From a virus (Duplodnaviria > Caudoviricetes), in the IMG/VR virus record IMGVR_UViG_3300014205_000002, positions 128,001 to 192,000 of that record: a DNA stretch of 64,000 nt. One strand, 5' to 3'. Of the stretch, positions 29,034-38,739 are shown piece by piece. Position numbers and translations under genes: made by a program. The notes under the pieces are model-generated. The model saw only the letters and a list, made by a program, of their open reading frames with translations. It did not search any database and had not been told where the DNA came from. The first letter of the stretch is position 1. Every line of letters begins with the position of its first letter.

Positions 29034-29763
29034 CCTGTTTCTCCTTGGGGGCCTTGGGCGGCCGGGGGGACTTTGGTGGCTGTTTCATCGCCGAGTAGCG
29101 GGTCACGACCGGCACCGGCGGCCGGTAGACGACGAGCACGTTGGGGAAGGGGGCCGAGTCCGGCGCACCGCCGAAGAACAGTCGGCCCTTGATTAGGCGG
29201 ACCTCGTCGGCCTTGCCGTCGACCCAATCGTGAAACCAGCAGGAATCGGTGCGGGCGGGCACGAGGCAAACTACCGTGCAGCCTTGCAGGCTCTCCTCGT
29301 AGGCCTTGCGCATCCAGTCGGCGATGCCGGGCACATAGAACTCGTTGTGGTGGTCGCTCTCGCCGAAGGCGGCCTCGTAGGCGGCCATGAGGCCAGGTAC
29401 TTGCGCCAGTAGCTCATAGGCCTTCTTGACGCCCGGCAGGTTGGTGATGCGCATGGCGAGCCGACCCAGGCACTTCTTCTTCTTGCAGTTCTTCACGCAG
29501 GGCTGCTCGGCGTCCCCATACGGCGGATTCATATAAAAGACCTTCGCGGGGCGTCCGCACAGCAGCTTGATCTTGTGCCAGATCTTCATCAAGCCGTTGG
29601 TTTCGCGGGTGAAGTAGACGGGGCATTTGTGGTTCAGGTCGTCGGCGCAGACGTCGACCTCGAAGCCGAACTCCTCATGGAGCGCGCCATAGAACGCGTC
29701 GGGCGTCGACCAGTTATCGGTGCTGGACGAGAACATCGCCGCCTTGTCGGTGGCGTGCGCCAT
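29014..29763 (-). CDS. Phage Dam-like DNA N6-adenine methyltransferase with Cys-rich insertion
   Basis: WSTP, DVCA, NPPY, VCLVPARTD, GRLFF, APFP. Confidence 0.88.
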   Translation of the reverse strand: MAHATDKAAMFSSSTDNWSTPDAFYGALHEEFGFEVDVCADDLNHKCPVYFTRETNGLMKIWHKIKLLCGRPAKVFYMNPPYGDAEQPCVKNCKKKKCLGRLAMRITNLPGVKKAYELLAQVPGLMAAYEAAFGESDHHNEFYVPGIADWMRKAYEESLQGCTVVCLVPARTDSCWFHDWVDGKADEVRLIKGRLFFGGAPDSAPFPNVLVVYRPPVPVVTRYSAMKQPPKSPRPPKAPKEKQVVQDPL

Positions 29764-30350
29764 CAGGCCCAGTCCTTCCCGTCGGCGGTGAGGTAGTTGC
29801 GGCGCGCCAGCTCCGTGATCACCTCGTGGGCGCGCGAGACGGGGTCATCGGCCTCAATGAAGATCGTCTGTTCATAGAGTCCGAAATGGTCGATCGCTTC
29901 ACACAGATGGTGATGGACCTCCTGAACGCCATGGAGGTGCCGGATACCGTTGTCCTCGGTGCCCTTGGAGTTGGGCGGCACCACGACGATCAGATCGTAC
30001 TTCTCGGCCTCGCGACGGGCGATCTTCGCGTAGTCCTCGTTCACCGAGGGGGCCTGGTACATGGCGTAGGCGAGGAAGTCGAGCACGCCGCGATCGGCGA
30101 TGAAGCGCTGGAGGTTCTGCTCGGCCTGAATCTGGGTGAACAGGGCATACCACTGAAAAGCCCCCATCTGCTCGGGCGGCACGGCGCTGGGCTTTTCATA
30201 GCCCATGGCCCGTGCGGCGGCACCCGGCCTCGACCAGGTGAGCAGATTGAGGTCGCCGTTGGCGGGCAGCCGGGCGTGCAGTTCTCGCGCGAGCGTGGTC
30301 TTGCCCCCGCCGGAGGAACCCGCGCATACGACGGATCGGAGTTTAGCCAA
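29763..30350 (-). CDS. AAA_28/NadR-like P-loop kinase
   Basis: GSSGGGKTT, IADRGVLD, EDNGIR. Confidence 0.75.
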   Translation of the reverse strand: MAKLRSVVCAGSSGGGKTTLARELHARLPANGDLNLLTWSRPGAAARAMGYEKPSAVPPEQMGAFQWYALFTQIQAEQNLQRFIADRGVLDFLAYAMYQAPSVNEDYAKIARREAEKYDLIVVVPPNSKGTEDNGIRHLHGVQEVHHHLCEAIDHFGLYEQTIFIEADDPVSRAHEVITELARRNYLTADGKDWA

Positions 30351-30870
30351 GGGGGGCCTCCTGTCTGGGGTGACTCGCGCCAGCGAGCAGAGCGGCGATG
30401 ATGGGCTCGGTCGCGAGCAGGCGTTCACGCAGGCCCGCGGGTGCGCGCCGGCGGATGCCGCGGTAGCGAACACAGGGGCCTTCGGGCCAGAGCGCGACGC
30501 CGCTCAGGCCGGCGTGCTGGATCGTGGCCTCTGACTCCTCGACTAGTTCGTGGAACCAGGTGCCGAGCCGGGCAACCTCTTCAATATAGAAGGCGTCACA
30601 GCCCGTCGGATGCGCGATAAAGACCTGTTGGTCGGACCGGAAGATGCAGTGCTGTTTCTCGACCATCTGGCGGGCCAGGTTGATCACGCGCTGGCGTGTC
30701 TCGTGCTCCAGGGGCGGCATACGCGAGCGCGACGAGACCTCAACTGCGGCGAACCCCTCTTCGAGCAGGTAGGCGCGGGTGGCCGAAGCCGCCGACGCGA
30801 GGGTGTGGTCGCTCTCGTTGAAGAAGCGCGAGAACTCGCCCATGTTCGTCTTGACGGCGACCTCAATCAC
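30343..30870 (-). CDS. Hypothetical protein
   Basis: Operon packing. Confidence 0.6.
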   Translation of the reverse strand: MIEVAVKTNMGEFSRFFNESDHTLASAASATRAYLLEEGFAAVEVSSRSRMPPLEHETRQRVINLARQMVEKQHCIFRSDQQVFIAHPTGCDAFYIEEVARLGTWFHELVEESEATIQHAGLSGVALWPEGPCVRYRGIRRRAPAGLRERLLATEPIIAALLAGASHPRQEAPLG

Positions 30871-31439
30871 CTCACGGCCTCGGGCGGCACGCCGAGCACG
30901 AAGTCCTGGCCCTCGACCAGGCCTGCCTGGGCGAGCTGGTCGCGGACGCTCACGCCGACGGGATCGATCCTGATCACCTCGCCGGCGGGGTCGTTACTGA
31001 CGCCGAAGGGCAGCACCAGCAGCAAGGGGCTGTCGGCGGGGAAGGTTTGCTCGATGTGGCTTGCGAGTCCCTCGACGAGAATGCGCACGCATGCGAGCTT
31101 GCCCGCGGTGTTGCGGACCATGTCCTGGGTGCGCACGTAGTTGTCGGCCTTCTCATAGGTCTCGAACACGAGGATCGCGAAGGCGTCCTTGTAGATGTCG
31201 GAGACATGGGAGAAGTCGAAGCCGAGCGGCATGCGAGACTCGGCGTCGAGCAGGATCCAGCCCTTGCCGAGTTCCTCGCGACTCATGCAACAGGCCTTGA
31301 ACTTCTTGCCGCTGCCGCAGCGGCAGGGCTTACGCAAGCCGAGGTCGACGGTCTTGCCTGACCACTCGGCGGCGATCGACGGCCGCTTTGCGTCGAGGAA
31401 CCAGGTGTTTTCGGGAGGTGCGGGGGGCGCGATCGTCAC
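30867..31439 (-). CDS. SEC-C motif protein
   Basis: RKPCRCGSGKKFKACC; SD AGGAG. Confidence 0.8.
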   Translation of the reverse strand: MTIAPPAPPENTWFLDAKRPSIAAEWSGKTVDLGLRKPCRCGSGKKFKACCMSREELGKGWILLDAESRMPLGFDFSHVSDIYKDAFAILVFETYEKADNYVRTQDMVRNTAGKLACVRILVEGLASHIEQTFPADSPLLLVLPFGVSNDPAGEVIRIDPVGVSVRDQLAQAGLVEGQDFVLGVPPEAVR

Positions 31440-31449
31440 GGGGGATCTC

Positions 31450-31824
31450 CTATAAGGCCTGGGAGCTGGCGAACATATCCAGCTGACCCTTGATGTGCTT
31501 GGTGCGTCGAACACGGGGCTTGCGCGTGACCGTGCCGCGTTTGATGAAGCGTGAGCAGCGAACCCTGGCGACGGTTTCAGTGGTGCCGAAGAGGGTGCTC
31601 TGCTCGCTGCTTTCGACCGATAGCTCTTTGGGTGGCGCGGGCTTGCATGAGCCGAGGGAGGAAAGGATCTTGCAGCGCCGGGTCCGGCTGCCGCCCCGCT
31701 GCGTGTCGGCGTAGGTGTAGGTGCGGTCGAAGTGACAGGCCTGACAGGGTCCACACTTCTCCATCTGGGTGACGAGCTGGTTGATCGAGCAGTTCAGGGC
31801 CTTGGCGATCGCCGCGTGCGTCAT
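31450..31824 (-). CDS. Cys-containing basic protein
   Basis: ATGA overlap; GQLDMF tail. Confidence 0.55.
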   Translation of the reverse strand: MTHAAIAKALNCSINQLVTQMEKCGPCQACHFDRTYTYADTQRGGSRTRRCKILSSLGSCKPAPPKELSVESSEQSTLFGTTETVARVRCSRFIKRGTVTRKPRVRRTKHIKGQLDMFASSQAL

Positions 31825-32678
31825 GTGCGATCGTTCCGCAGCGAGACCGTCGGTCGGGCCAGGCCGGGCGGCAGGGTCGGGAAGTCATTGAAGACGGCGG
31901 CGGAGATCTCGCGCGTGCCCGTCGAGATGTCGCCCGTCAGCCCCTTGGCCCGGTTGAACTCCTTGATCTTCTCGACCAGCTTGAGGTGATCCGACGTGAC
32001 GTGCTCGCGGATATAGACCGTGCCGTCCATGATCGCCTCCATCCGGAGCGTGCTCATGCCGCACTTATCGATCGCGCAGCGCCTGGCGTCGTCGGTCTTG
32101 GTGATAAAGATGCTCGGCTCCAAGTTACCAGGATCCGTCGAGTGGACGTCGAGGATGCCGTCCTTGTAGGCGTGGCCGAGACCCAGCTGTACGCAGGCTT
32201 GCAGGATCAGGGCATTGTTCGGAAGGCGGCAGTGGCACTGCGGCTCAAAGCTCGACTGCCCCTGCTTGCCGGACACGGTGAAGGTCTTGGTCTCCTTGGC
32301 GCGGTGCGGGCAGCTGAGGATCTTCGGCTCGGGCAGGCCCGCGAGCATGAGCAGCTGCTTGGTTTCGGCCACCACGATCTTGTAATCGTCGATATCGAAA
32401 CCGGGGTCGAGCCCCTGGCTTTTCAGTGCCGCACCGTCGGAAATATAGGGGGCCATATCGATCCCCACGGGGGTAGAACCGTAGGTCTCGCAGAGTGCGC
32501 GAATGTGGTTGACCACCGGCCAGATCAACTCCTGCATCCCCGTCCCGAAAGGGGCGGGCGGAATCAGGCCGGTCTTGGCGTGAATCTCCCTGGCGACGTC
32601 GGCCTTGAGGCGGCGCACCACGCCGTCGAGTTCGAAGAACACGGCCGTCTTCTTCTCGCCGAGATAGATCGCGGTCAT
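31821..32678 (-). CDS. GmhB/HisB-like HAD-fold protein with degenerate catalytic motifs
   Basis: AVFFELDGVV, SCPH, CHCRLP. Confidence 0.6.
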   Translation of the reverse strand: MTAIYLGEKKTAVFFELDGVVRRLKADVAREIHAKTGLIPPAPFGTGMQELIWPVVNHIRALCETYGSTPVGIDMAPYISDGAALKSQGLDPGFDIDDYKIVVAETKQLLMLAGLPEPKILSCPHRAKETKTFTVSGKQGQSSFEPQCHCRLPNNALILQACVQLGLGHAYKDGILDVHSTDPGNLEPSIFITKTDDARRCAIDKCGMSTLRMEAIMDGTVYIREHVTSDHLKLVEKIKEFNRAKGLTGDISTGTREISAAVFNDFPTLPPGLARPTVSLRNDRT

Positions 32679-32998
32679 ACATCCTCCTCGGGATGGTTCT
32701 TGGCTGGACCTCTGGTCCGACCAACCGAGCGTGAGAGCAGGAGCGTCGCCAGCCTCTGCCCAAACAGGCCGCTGGCCCCGTTCGCGTTGACCTCCTCGAT
32801 CAGGACGTCGAGCGCGAGCTGCATCAGCTGGCTCTTGTCGATCTCCTCGCGCATCTTAAGGGATAGCTGCATTTGTACGAGCCCGAAGTCTACGAGCTGC
32901 TGCTTGGAGAAGTAGAAGGTGCGGCGGATGTCGCACTTTTCATCGACTGGCCGGCGGTAGCTGGTGGCGTCGGGAAAGCCGTAAGGGGTAGTGGTCAA
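32675..32998 (-). CDS. Ribbon-helix-helix-like DNA-binding protein
   Basis: RRTFYF beta-strand plus DKSQLMQLALD helix; SD GGAGG before TTG. Confidence 0.55.
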   Translation of the reverse strand: MTTTPYGFPDATSYRRPVDEKCDIRRTFYFSKQQLVDFGLVQMQLSLKMREEIDKSQLMQLALDVLIEEVNANGASGLFGQRLATLLLSRSVGRTRGPAKNHPEEDV

Positions 32999-33014
32999 AG
33001 GAGCCTCCAACGGC

Positions 33015-33257
33015 TTAGGGGCGCGGGGCGAACATCTGCACGATGGTGGCATCCACACTGGGCAGAGCCTGTCGAATCTGGGTGGCTGCCGCGACCATGA
33101 GGTCGGCGAAGAGTAGGAACTCGGCCTCGCCATAGTAGGTTACCTGTCGACCAAACAGCACCCCAATGGCCTCGGCGTCGCTGTCATTAAAGACAGTCCC
33201 CCCCTCGTTATCAGCGATCACATCTCGGGCGGAGTCGAGCGTTTTCAGGCGGTTCAT
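33015..33257 (-). CDS. Hypothetical protein
   Basis: SD GGAGG. Confidence 0.6.
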   Translation of the reverse strand: MNRLKTLDSARDVIADNEGGTVFNDSDAEAIGVLFGRQVTYYGEAEFLLFADLMVAAATQIRQALPSVDATIVQMFAPRP

Positions 33258-33445
33258 CGGACCTCCGGGGAGAAAGAGGGAAAGGGGTGTCGAACATCAC
33301 AGACAGTGCGACGAAACTGATGTGTCACAGTATCATCTGATGCACGCTGTAATCAAGGTTCAGGCCGTAGCTAGGCTGTAACGTTTAATCAACGATGTTA
33401 AGTTAGGCTCACCAGGCTTGATGAAGTAATATTGCGGACGGACTG

Positions 33446-33847
33446 TCAAAGCCTTTGACAAGGACGCCCAAACGACGCCAAATGAAGACCTGCGCGATCT
33501 ATCGCCTGCGCGGTTGCCTCGTCATCAAGCGTGTCGAAATTGTTACGCTTAATGAATGATAGAATTACGTCTACGTCGTCCTCAAGTTTGCCAACCGAGG
33601 CGACATAGCCATCCCCAGGCGATTGTGCGTCGAGCGCGAGGGCCTTTTGCCGGGCATGCTCCTCGACGACGGCGAGCTTGTCGTAGAGAGAACAATCAAT
33701 TTCCCGATGGCAGGCCGAGCATGTTCCCAGATGTTCGGCAAGCTCATTCTGGGCGTCGAAGGCCAGTTTCATGTGGTGGCGGACACGCTCGACGCGGCGG
33801 CACCCCAGGCACACGACTGCTGGCACCGGGGGTATGGGCTCGGACAT
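33446..33847 (-). CDS. Cys-rich hypothetical protein
   Basis: SD GAGGAG. Confidence 0.55.
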   Translation of the reverse strand: MSEPIPPVPAVVCLGCRRVERVRHHMKLAFDAQNELAEHLGTCSACHREIDCSLYDKLAVVEEHARQKALALDAQSPGDGYVASVGKLEDDVDVILSFIKRNNFDTLDDEATAQAIDRAGLHLASFGRPCQRL

Positions 33848-34385
33848 AGCTCCTCCTCGCGTGGCGCATGATCGTGCGACTGTATCCACTGCGGTAGATG
33901 CCGCGACTGACCGCGCTTCCACCCATATTATAGGCAACCAAGGCCATCTCCAGCCGGGTGTCCGCAGTCGCGCGCAGGAAGCGTTTTTCGACCTGGCGCA
34001 ATTCAAAGGCGAGGATGCGGCAGGAGAGGTGGGCGTTCAGCTCGGGATCCTGCCAGCGTGAGCGCGGGAAACCCTTGCGCGCGTCCCACCAGAAGGGCAT
34101 GACCTGACCGAGGCCGAGTGCGCCCGCCCCGCTGACGGCGCGCGGGTTGTAGTTGGACTCCGTCCAGAAGAGGGCGGCCGCGACCATCGGGTCCAGGCGA
34201 TGCCTGGCGGCGGCGCGCCGTACGATGGGTGCGTAGTAGTCGGCCTTCTCGCGAGCCAGAGCCTTGCCGTACTCAGGCAGGCACTGCGCGTAAATGTAGG
34301 CCTGGACATTGTCGGCGGCCTCGGCGGCCGCTGCCGGCATCAGTGCGAGGGCGAGGGCGAGCGCGAGGCGCTGCAAGAATTTCAT
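33744..34385 (-). CDS. Exported lytic transglycosylase (SLT domain)
   Basis: Signal peptide, TESNYNP, SGAGALGLGQVMP, AYNMG. Confidence 0.9.
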   Translation of the reverse strand: MKFLQRLALALALALMPAAAAEAADNVQAYIYAQCLPEYGKALAREKADYYAPIVRRAAARHRLDPMVAAALFWTESNYNPRAVSGAGALGLGQVMPFWWDARKGFPRSRWQDPELNAHLSCRILAFELRQVEKRFLRATADTRLEMALVAYNMGGSAVSRGIYRSGYSRTIMRHARRSYVRAHTPGASSRVPGVPPRRACPPPHETGLRRPE

Positions 34386-34450
34386 GGGGTCCTCCAGTGG
34401 TTAAGGTTCGCTTGGTTTCACATTGTACCGCGCCCTGCACCCGAGAGGCG

Positions 34451-34477
34451 GGGTCTGACCAAACATTGGTCAGACCC
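34451..34477. repeat. Hairpin formed by two inverted copies of the dispersed palindrome
   Basis: GGGTCTGACCAA-aca-TTGGTCAGACCC. Confidence 0.8.
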
Positions 34478-34487
34478 CGGGAGGCAT

Positions 34488-35123
34488 TCAGCGCACGCCA
34501 GAGGTGCCCCAGCCACCCACCCGGTTGGACGGCGGCAGTGCGTCGACGGGCGTCCAGTCGCCCTCGACGTAGGCCTCGACACAGATCTGGGCGATGCGAT
34601 CACCGCCGGTGACCCGGAACGGCCTGTCGGAGTGGTTGTAGAGCACCACGCCGATCTGCTCGCGGTAGTTGTTGTCGATCAATCCCGCACCGACCTCGAT
34701 GCCCTCGTTTGAGGAGAGGCCCGAGCGACTCTCGACCACGATCTTGTAGCCGGGTGGCAGCGCGACCTTGATGCCGATGCCGAAAGTCTTGCGGCCGCCT
34801 GCGGGAATGACGATACTGTCGGCGTTGCCCATGCGCAGAAACTCATAGCCGTCGTCGCCATTGCGGTACTTGAGGCTGTAGGCGAAGACGTCCGAGGCCA
34901 CGTCGCCCGGCTGCATGGTCTTGGGCGCAGTGGCCCCTTTCATGACCACCGTGGGAATGCTCAGCTTGGGGGCGAGGCCCGCGAGTGCGACGATGGCGCG
35001 AGCCAGCTCCGGCGTGATGGCGATCGCGTCGGTGTTCAGGCTGCTGGAACCAGCCATGACCGGCAGGCGCTGGAGCGGCAACACGAGCTCGCCCTGGGCG
35101 TTGGTGTAGTGACTAGCGGGCAT
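34488..35123 (-). CDS. dut: Trimeric dUTPase with N-terminal extension
   Basis: SRSGL, GLIDNNYRE, GDRIAQ, RVGGWGTSG. Confidence 0.93.
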   Translation of the reverse strand: MPASHYTNAQGELVLPLQRLPVMAGSSSLNTDAIAITPELARAIVALAGLAPKLSIPTVVMKGATAPKTMQPGDVASDVFAYSLKYRNGDDGYEFLRMGNADSIVIPAGGRKTFGIGIKVALPPGYKIVVESRSGLSSNEGIEVGAGLIDNNYREQIGVVLYNHSDRPFRVTGGDRIAQICVEAYVEGDWTPVDALPPSNRVGGWGTSGVR

Positions 35124-36996
35124 GGGGCAGCTCCTTGGTTACAGCGAGTCCTGCGCGCTTGACGAAGGGAAGGAACTCGGGGACGGGGTGGAGGATGCGC
35201 TCGCCGAGCGCGATCCTGATCTGGTTACCCAGATGCCAGCCGAATAGCGGGGGTACCGCATTGCCGACCTGCCTGTATTGGGCCGAGCGGGGGCCCTGGA
35301 AGACCCAGTCGTCGGGGAAACTCTGGAGCCTCGCGGCTTCGCGCACGGTCAGCCGGCGCAGCCTGCGTGGCGGCGGAGCTGGTACGATGTGGGTGTGGTT
35401 GGCCCCGCCCGAGGCGACGATCGTCTGCGCGGGCTGGTCCATGTCCTGGACGCGACCACGGCCGTTGAAGATGGTCTCGGCGGGGTTTCCGGGCCGGGCC
35501 ATCAACTCCTTCGCGCGCTCCGAAGCGGGCACGATGGCGATCGCGTTGTCCTCGTGGTTGGGCACGGGCAGCAGGTTGGCATTGCCGCAGTCCTGCTCGG
35601 CGATGATGGTCTTCGCTGGTGCGTCCCAGCTCATGGCCGGATTACTCAGCTTACCCGCGAGGGCGCTGGGCCTAGGCGGCGAGGCCGGCTCGTGGTTGGG
35701 GACGTCACCCATGATGAAGTCGACGTTACCCGAGGTGTTGATCGTGCGGCCTGGCGCATCGGGATCGAGCAGCTTCATGCCCTGACCGACGTGCCCTGCG
35801 AGGATGGCCTCTTCATGCGTGCCCGTGTAGACGCTGGCCTCGTGGTTGGCGGGGATGGCCTGCTGGTGGTGGGCTCGTACGGTGTTGGCAGGCTTGTCCC
35901 AGGCGTGCAGGCCGTTGGGGCCGGCCCCGCGATCGGCGGCGTGCTCGATGTGCCTGATCTCACCGGGCGTGAGCGGGTGATTCACGTGGTTCTCGACCGG
36001 TAGCAGGTTCACGTTCCCCGAGCGCTGGTGGGCGATGATGCACGACGCGGGCTCGTCGAGCGCCATCGGAGCCTTCATCGACCAGTCGCTCTCGCCGGTG
36101 AGCGCGGAGGGTACCGGCGGGGGCGCGGCCTCATGGTTCTCGACGGGGATCAGGTTGTTGGTGCCGGACTCCTGCTTGGCGATGATCGTACGCGCGACCT
36201 GGTCGAGTTCCATCGGTGGGTGTTTCTGAGCCCAGGAGCTGTCGGCGATCGCCGCACATGGTGGCGGCGGAGGAGCTGGCTCATGGTTGGCGGCGGGGGC
36301 GAACGCGGGACCGTAAGGGGCCGGCAGATCGCTGATGGCCTGACGGACCGTGACCCATCTGCGCAGCGTACCGAAGAAGCCCGGAGTGGGAGTGTCCGCA
36401 TGCGTCGGCTTCGGCCAGGGGAAGAAGCTCTCGTCGCGTCGGCCGAAGAAGATCACGCGGATGCGCTTCTGGGGAACGCCGTAGTCGGCCATGTTGATCA
36501 TGCGGTACTCGACGCTGTAGCCGATGTCCCTGAAAGCCTGGAGGATCACGTCCTTGACCAGAGTCTGGTCGTCGTCGGTCTTCATCGTGAGTAGCCCCTT
36601 GACGTTCTCCATGACGAAACCCCACGGCTTGGCCTCGTCGACGACCCGTACAAACTGCCAGAACAGCTTGTTGCGCGGATCGTCCGCCTCGCGCTTGCCA
36701 GCGGTAGAGAACCCCTGGCAAGGTGGCCCGCCCACCACGAGGCGGGCCTGACCGGAAACCAGTCCTGCCGCCTCAAGGATGACCTCGGTGGGAATGGCGC
36801 AGATATCGCCCTTGAGCACGGGGATCCCCTGGCGGTTGTGGCGCAGCGTGTCGACGGCGTGCCCGTCGAGTTCGACCGCAACGCGCACGTCGAACCCCGC
36901 GGACTCCAGCCCGATATCCAGGCCCCCGGCCCCCGAGAACAGTGAGATGATCGGCATCGGCCGGTTGGTCGGACCGTGCATGGGGACGATGGTCAC
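35113..36996 (-). CDS. DNA (cytosine-5) methyltransferase with six tandem TRD-like modules
   Basis: SLFSGAGG, GGPPCQGFS, ENVKG, QKRIR, TVREAARLQSFP, QVGNAVPP. Confidence 0.95.
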   Translation of the reverse strand: MTIVPMHGPTNRPMPIISLFSGAGGLDIGLESAGFDVRVAVELDGHAVDTLRHNRQGIPVLKGDICAIPTEVILEAAGLVSGQARLVVGGPPCQGFSTAGKREADDPRNKLFWQFVRVVDEAKPWGFVMENVKGLLTMKTDDDQTLVKDVILQAFRDIGYSVEYRMINMADYGVPQKRIRVIFFGRRDESFFPWPKPTHADTPTPGFFGTLRRWVTVRQAISDLPAPYGPAFAPAANHEPAPPPPPCAAIADSSWAQKHPPMELDQVARTIIAKQESGTNNLIPVENHEAAPPPVPSALTGESDWSMKAPMALDEPASCIIAHQRSGNVNLLPVENHVNHPLTPGEIRHIEHAADRGAGPNGLHAWDKPANTVRAHHQQAIPANHEASVYTGTHEEAILAGHVGQGMKLLDPDAPGRTINTSGNVDFIMGDVPNHEPASPPRPSALAGKLSNPAMSWDAPAKTIIAEQDCGNANLLPVPNHEDNAIAIVPASERAKELMARPGNPAETIFNGRGRVQDMDQPAQTIVASGGANHTHIVPAPPPRRLRRLTVREAARLQSFPDDWVFQGPRSAQYRQVGNAVPPLFGWHLGNQIRIALGERILHPVPEFLPFVKRAGLAVTKELPHAR

Positions 36997-37049
36997 GTAA
37001 CTCTCCTCGGGAAGCCCAGTTTAGCAGAAAAGCGAGCCCTACGGAACCC

Positions 37050-37832
37050 TCAGGATCCGCTCGCGGCGATGGACAGCGCCATCATGCGTACGGCCTGAAT
37101 GTGGGCCGGAATTGGTCGGTCCAGCCTTGCGGCCTCTTGCTCCTGGCGGCGCTTCTTGCGATCAGCGTAGCCGAACTCGTCCAGTGAACGGGCATCTATG
37201 CGCCAGTTGTGGCCGAACTTCCAGCCCTTCATCTGGCCCTTCTGGAGGGCAGTGAGTACATAGGCGCGCGGCCTGTCGAGCTTCTTCGCGGCTTCGGCAC
37301 AACCGACCCATGCGCTGGTGTGCTGGGGGTAGATCGTTTTGAGGATTGCCAGGGCTTCCTGCGTGACGAAGGCGAACGCCCCCTCGCCATAGGCTGGCAT
37401 GTTGAGCTTCGCGAGTTGGACGCGGATGCTATTGGGTGAGATGCCCAGTTCCCGTGCGACCATGGTGATATTTGGGTCTCCCTGGGCCTCTAGGGGGTTG
37501 AGTCGATCCTTGCGGATCTTCCAGGCCACCTGGCCGCCGGTAAACTTGGTGCCGAGTCGCGTGTTGATGTAGCGGGCAATCTTATGGGGCGGATACTTGC
37601 CGAGGAAGGTGTGTAGCAACTCCAGCGCGGCGGGGCGCTTCGCCCAGACGTCCTCATAGGGAGTGACTGGTACATACTTTTGCAGCGCCGACTGGCCGAA
37701 GGTGGCGTCATAGCGCTGGTTGAAGAGGGCGATTGTCTCAGCCCAGGTATGCCTGGTCCTGAGGTCGCACAGGTCGGCGATGATCGCGGGCGTCCACCGG
37801 AAGATCGCGTCACCTTTACGGGTGTGCATCAT
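37050..37832 (-). CDS. Multi-HTH DNA-binding protein (C-terminal excisionase-like HTH)
   Basis: VARELGISPNSIR; EAAKKLDR...GQMKGWKFGHNWRI. Confidence 0.7.
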   Translation of the reverse strand: MMHTRKGDAIFRWTPAIIADLCDLRTRHTWAETIALFNQRYDATFGQSALQKYVPVTPYEDVWAKRPAALELLHTFLGKYPPHKIARYINTRLGTKFTGGQVAWKIRKDRLNPLEAQGDPNITMVARELGISPNSIRVQLAKLNMPAYGEGAFAFVTQEALAILKTIYPQHTSAWVGCAEAAKKLDRPRAYVLTALQKGQMKGWKFGHNWRIDARSLDEFGYADRKKRRQEQEAARLDRPIPAHIQAVRMMALSIAASGS

Positions 37833-38653
37833 GGGGTTTGGTCTCCTGTTCTGGGGGACAGTGCCGGGGCAATGCCGCCGGAGGCGGCCAGGTGTTGGAG
37901 GTGCTTCCAGACGGCGTAGGCGACGACGCCGATCCGATCCTGATCGCCGGGCTTGACCTGGCCGTTTTCCAGGAGGTTGACCGTGACGCCGTTCATCGCC
38001 AACGCCTGGACGAGCTCGGGGTAGGTGGCGATCGCCGAGTATGGAATACAGGCGAAGGCGCTGTGGCCTGGGCTCGCGTACCATTCGTGGCTACACCAGC
38101 AGATCGAGCACCCCATCGAGGCCCCGCCTTTGCCGCAACGCGAACAGCTGTAGAGTGGATTGCCGCCACCGGTCATCCCTGCACCCGCGACGCTCCGGAG
38201 GACGCGCCCTTGGCAGTGGCGGCACATATGCGGCTCAACCACCCATGTAACGCGCCCCTGTGTGTCGTCGGGTATCGGAAACCCCGCGGCCATGGCCCGC
38301 TCAAAGTCGCGCCGGAGTACGATGCCGATCCGCGAGCCCTTGAGGCCGTCGTTCCAGTCGCACCCGCAGCTGCCGAAGGCTGGCCGCAGGATCGCCTTGG
38401 CCGCCTCGGGTACCGTTGGCGCATACATCGCGTTCATGTCGACACAGCGGTAGCCGTTGTCGCCCGAGCTGTAGCCGCACCAGCAGAGCTTGGTCAACTC
38501 GTCGCTCTTGCCGCACTCTGGACAAAAGAACATGCCCTCGCCGCCCAGCCACGAGAGTAGCCGTCCGCCGCAGCGGCACAGGTGAGTCGATAGCCGGTAG
38601 CGCTCAGGAGAGCGCGTCTTGCCCGGCCACATGATTGTGCGAGCGCGCACCAT
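37829..38653 (-). CDS. Protein with a duplicated Cys-rich Zn-binding domain
   Basis: Two repeats of H.C..C/GR.L...C..CG...CWC. Confidence 0.65.
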   Translation of the reverse strand: MVRARTIMWPGKTRSPERYRLSTHLCRCGGRLLSWLGGEGMFFCPECGKSDELTKLCWCGYSSGDNGYRCVDMNAMYAPTVPEAAKAILRPAFGSCGCDWNDGLKGSRIGIVLRRDFERAMAAGFPIPDDTQGRVTWVVEPHMCRHCQGRVLRSVAGAGMTGGGNPLYSCSRCGKGGASMGCSICWCSHEWYASPGHSAFACIPYSAIATYPELVQALAMNGVTVNLLENGQVKPGDQDRIGVVAYAVWKHLQHLAASGGIAPALSPRTGDQTP

Positions 38654-38739
38654 CGTGCCTCCCGCCATCTCTGGCTTGTTGGTCGGACCGGGAAGTGCAA
38701 TCTCTTGCGCCTCCCGGTCCTGGTGGTTTCAATGAGTTG

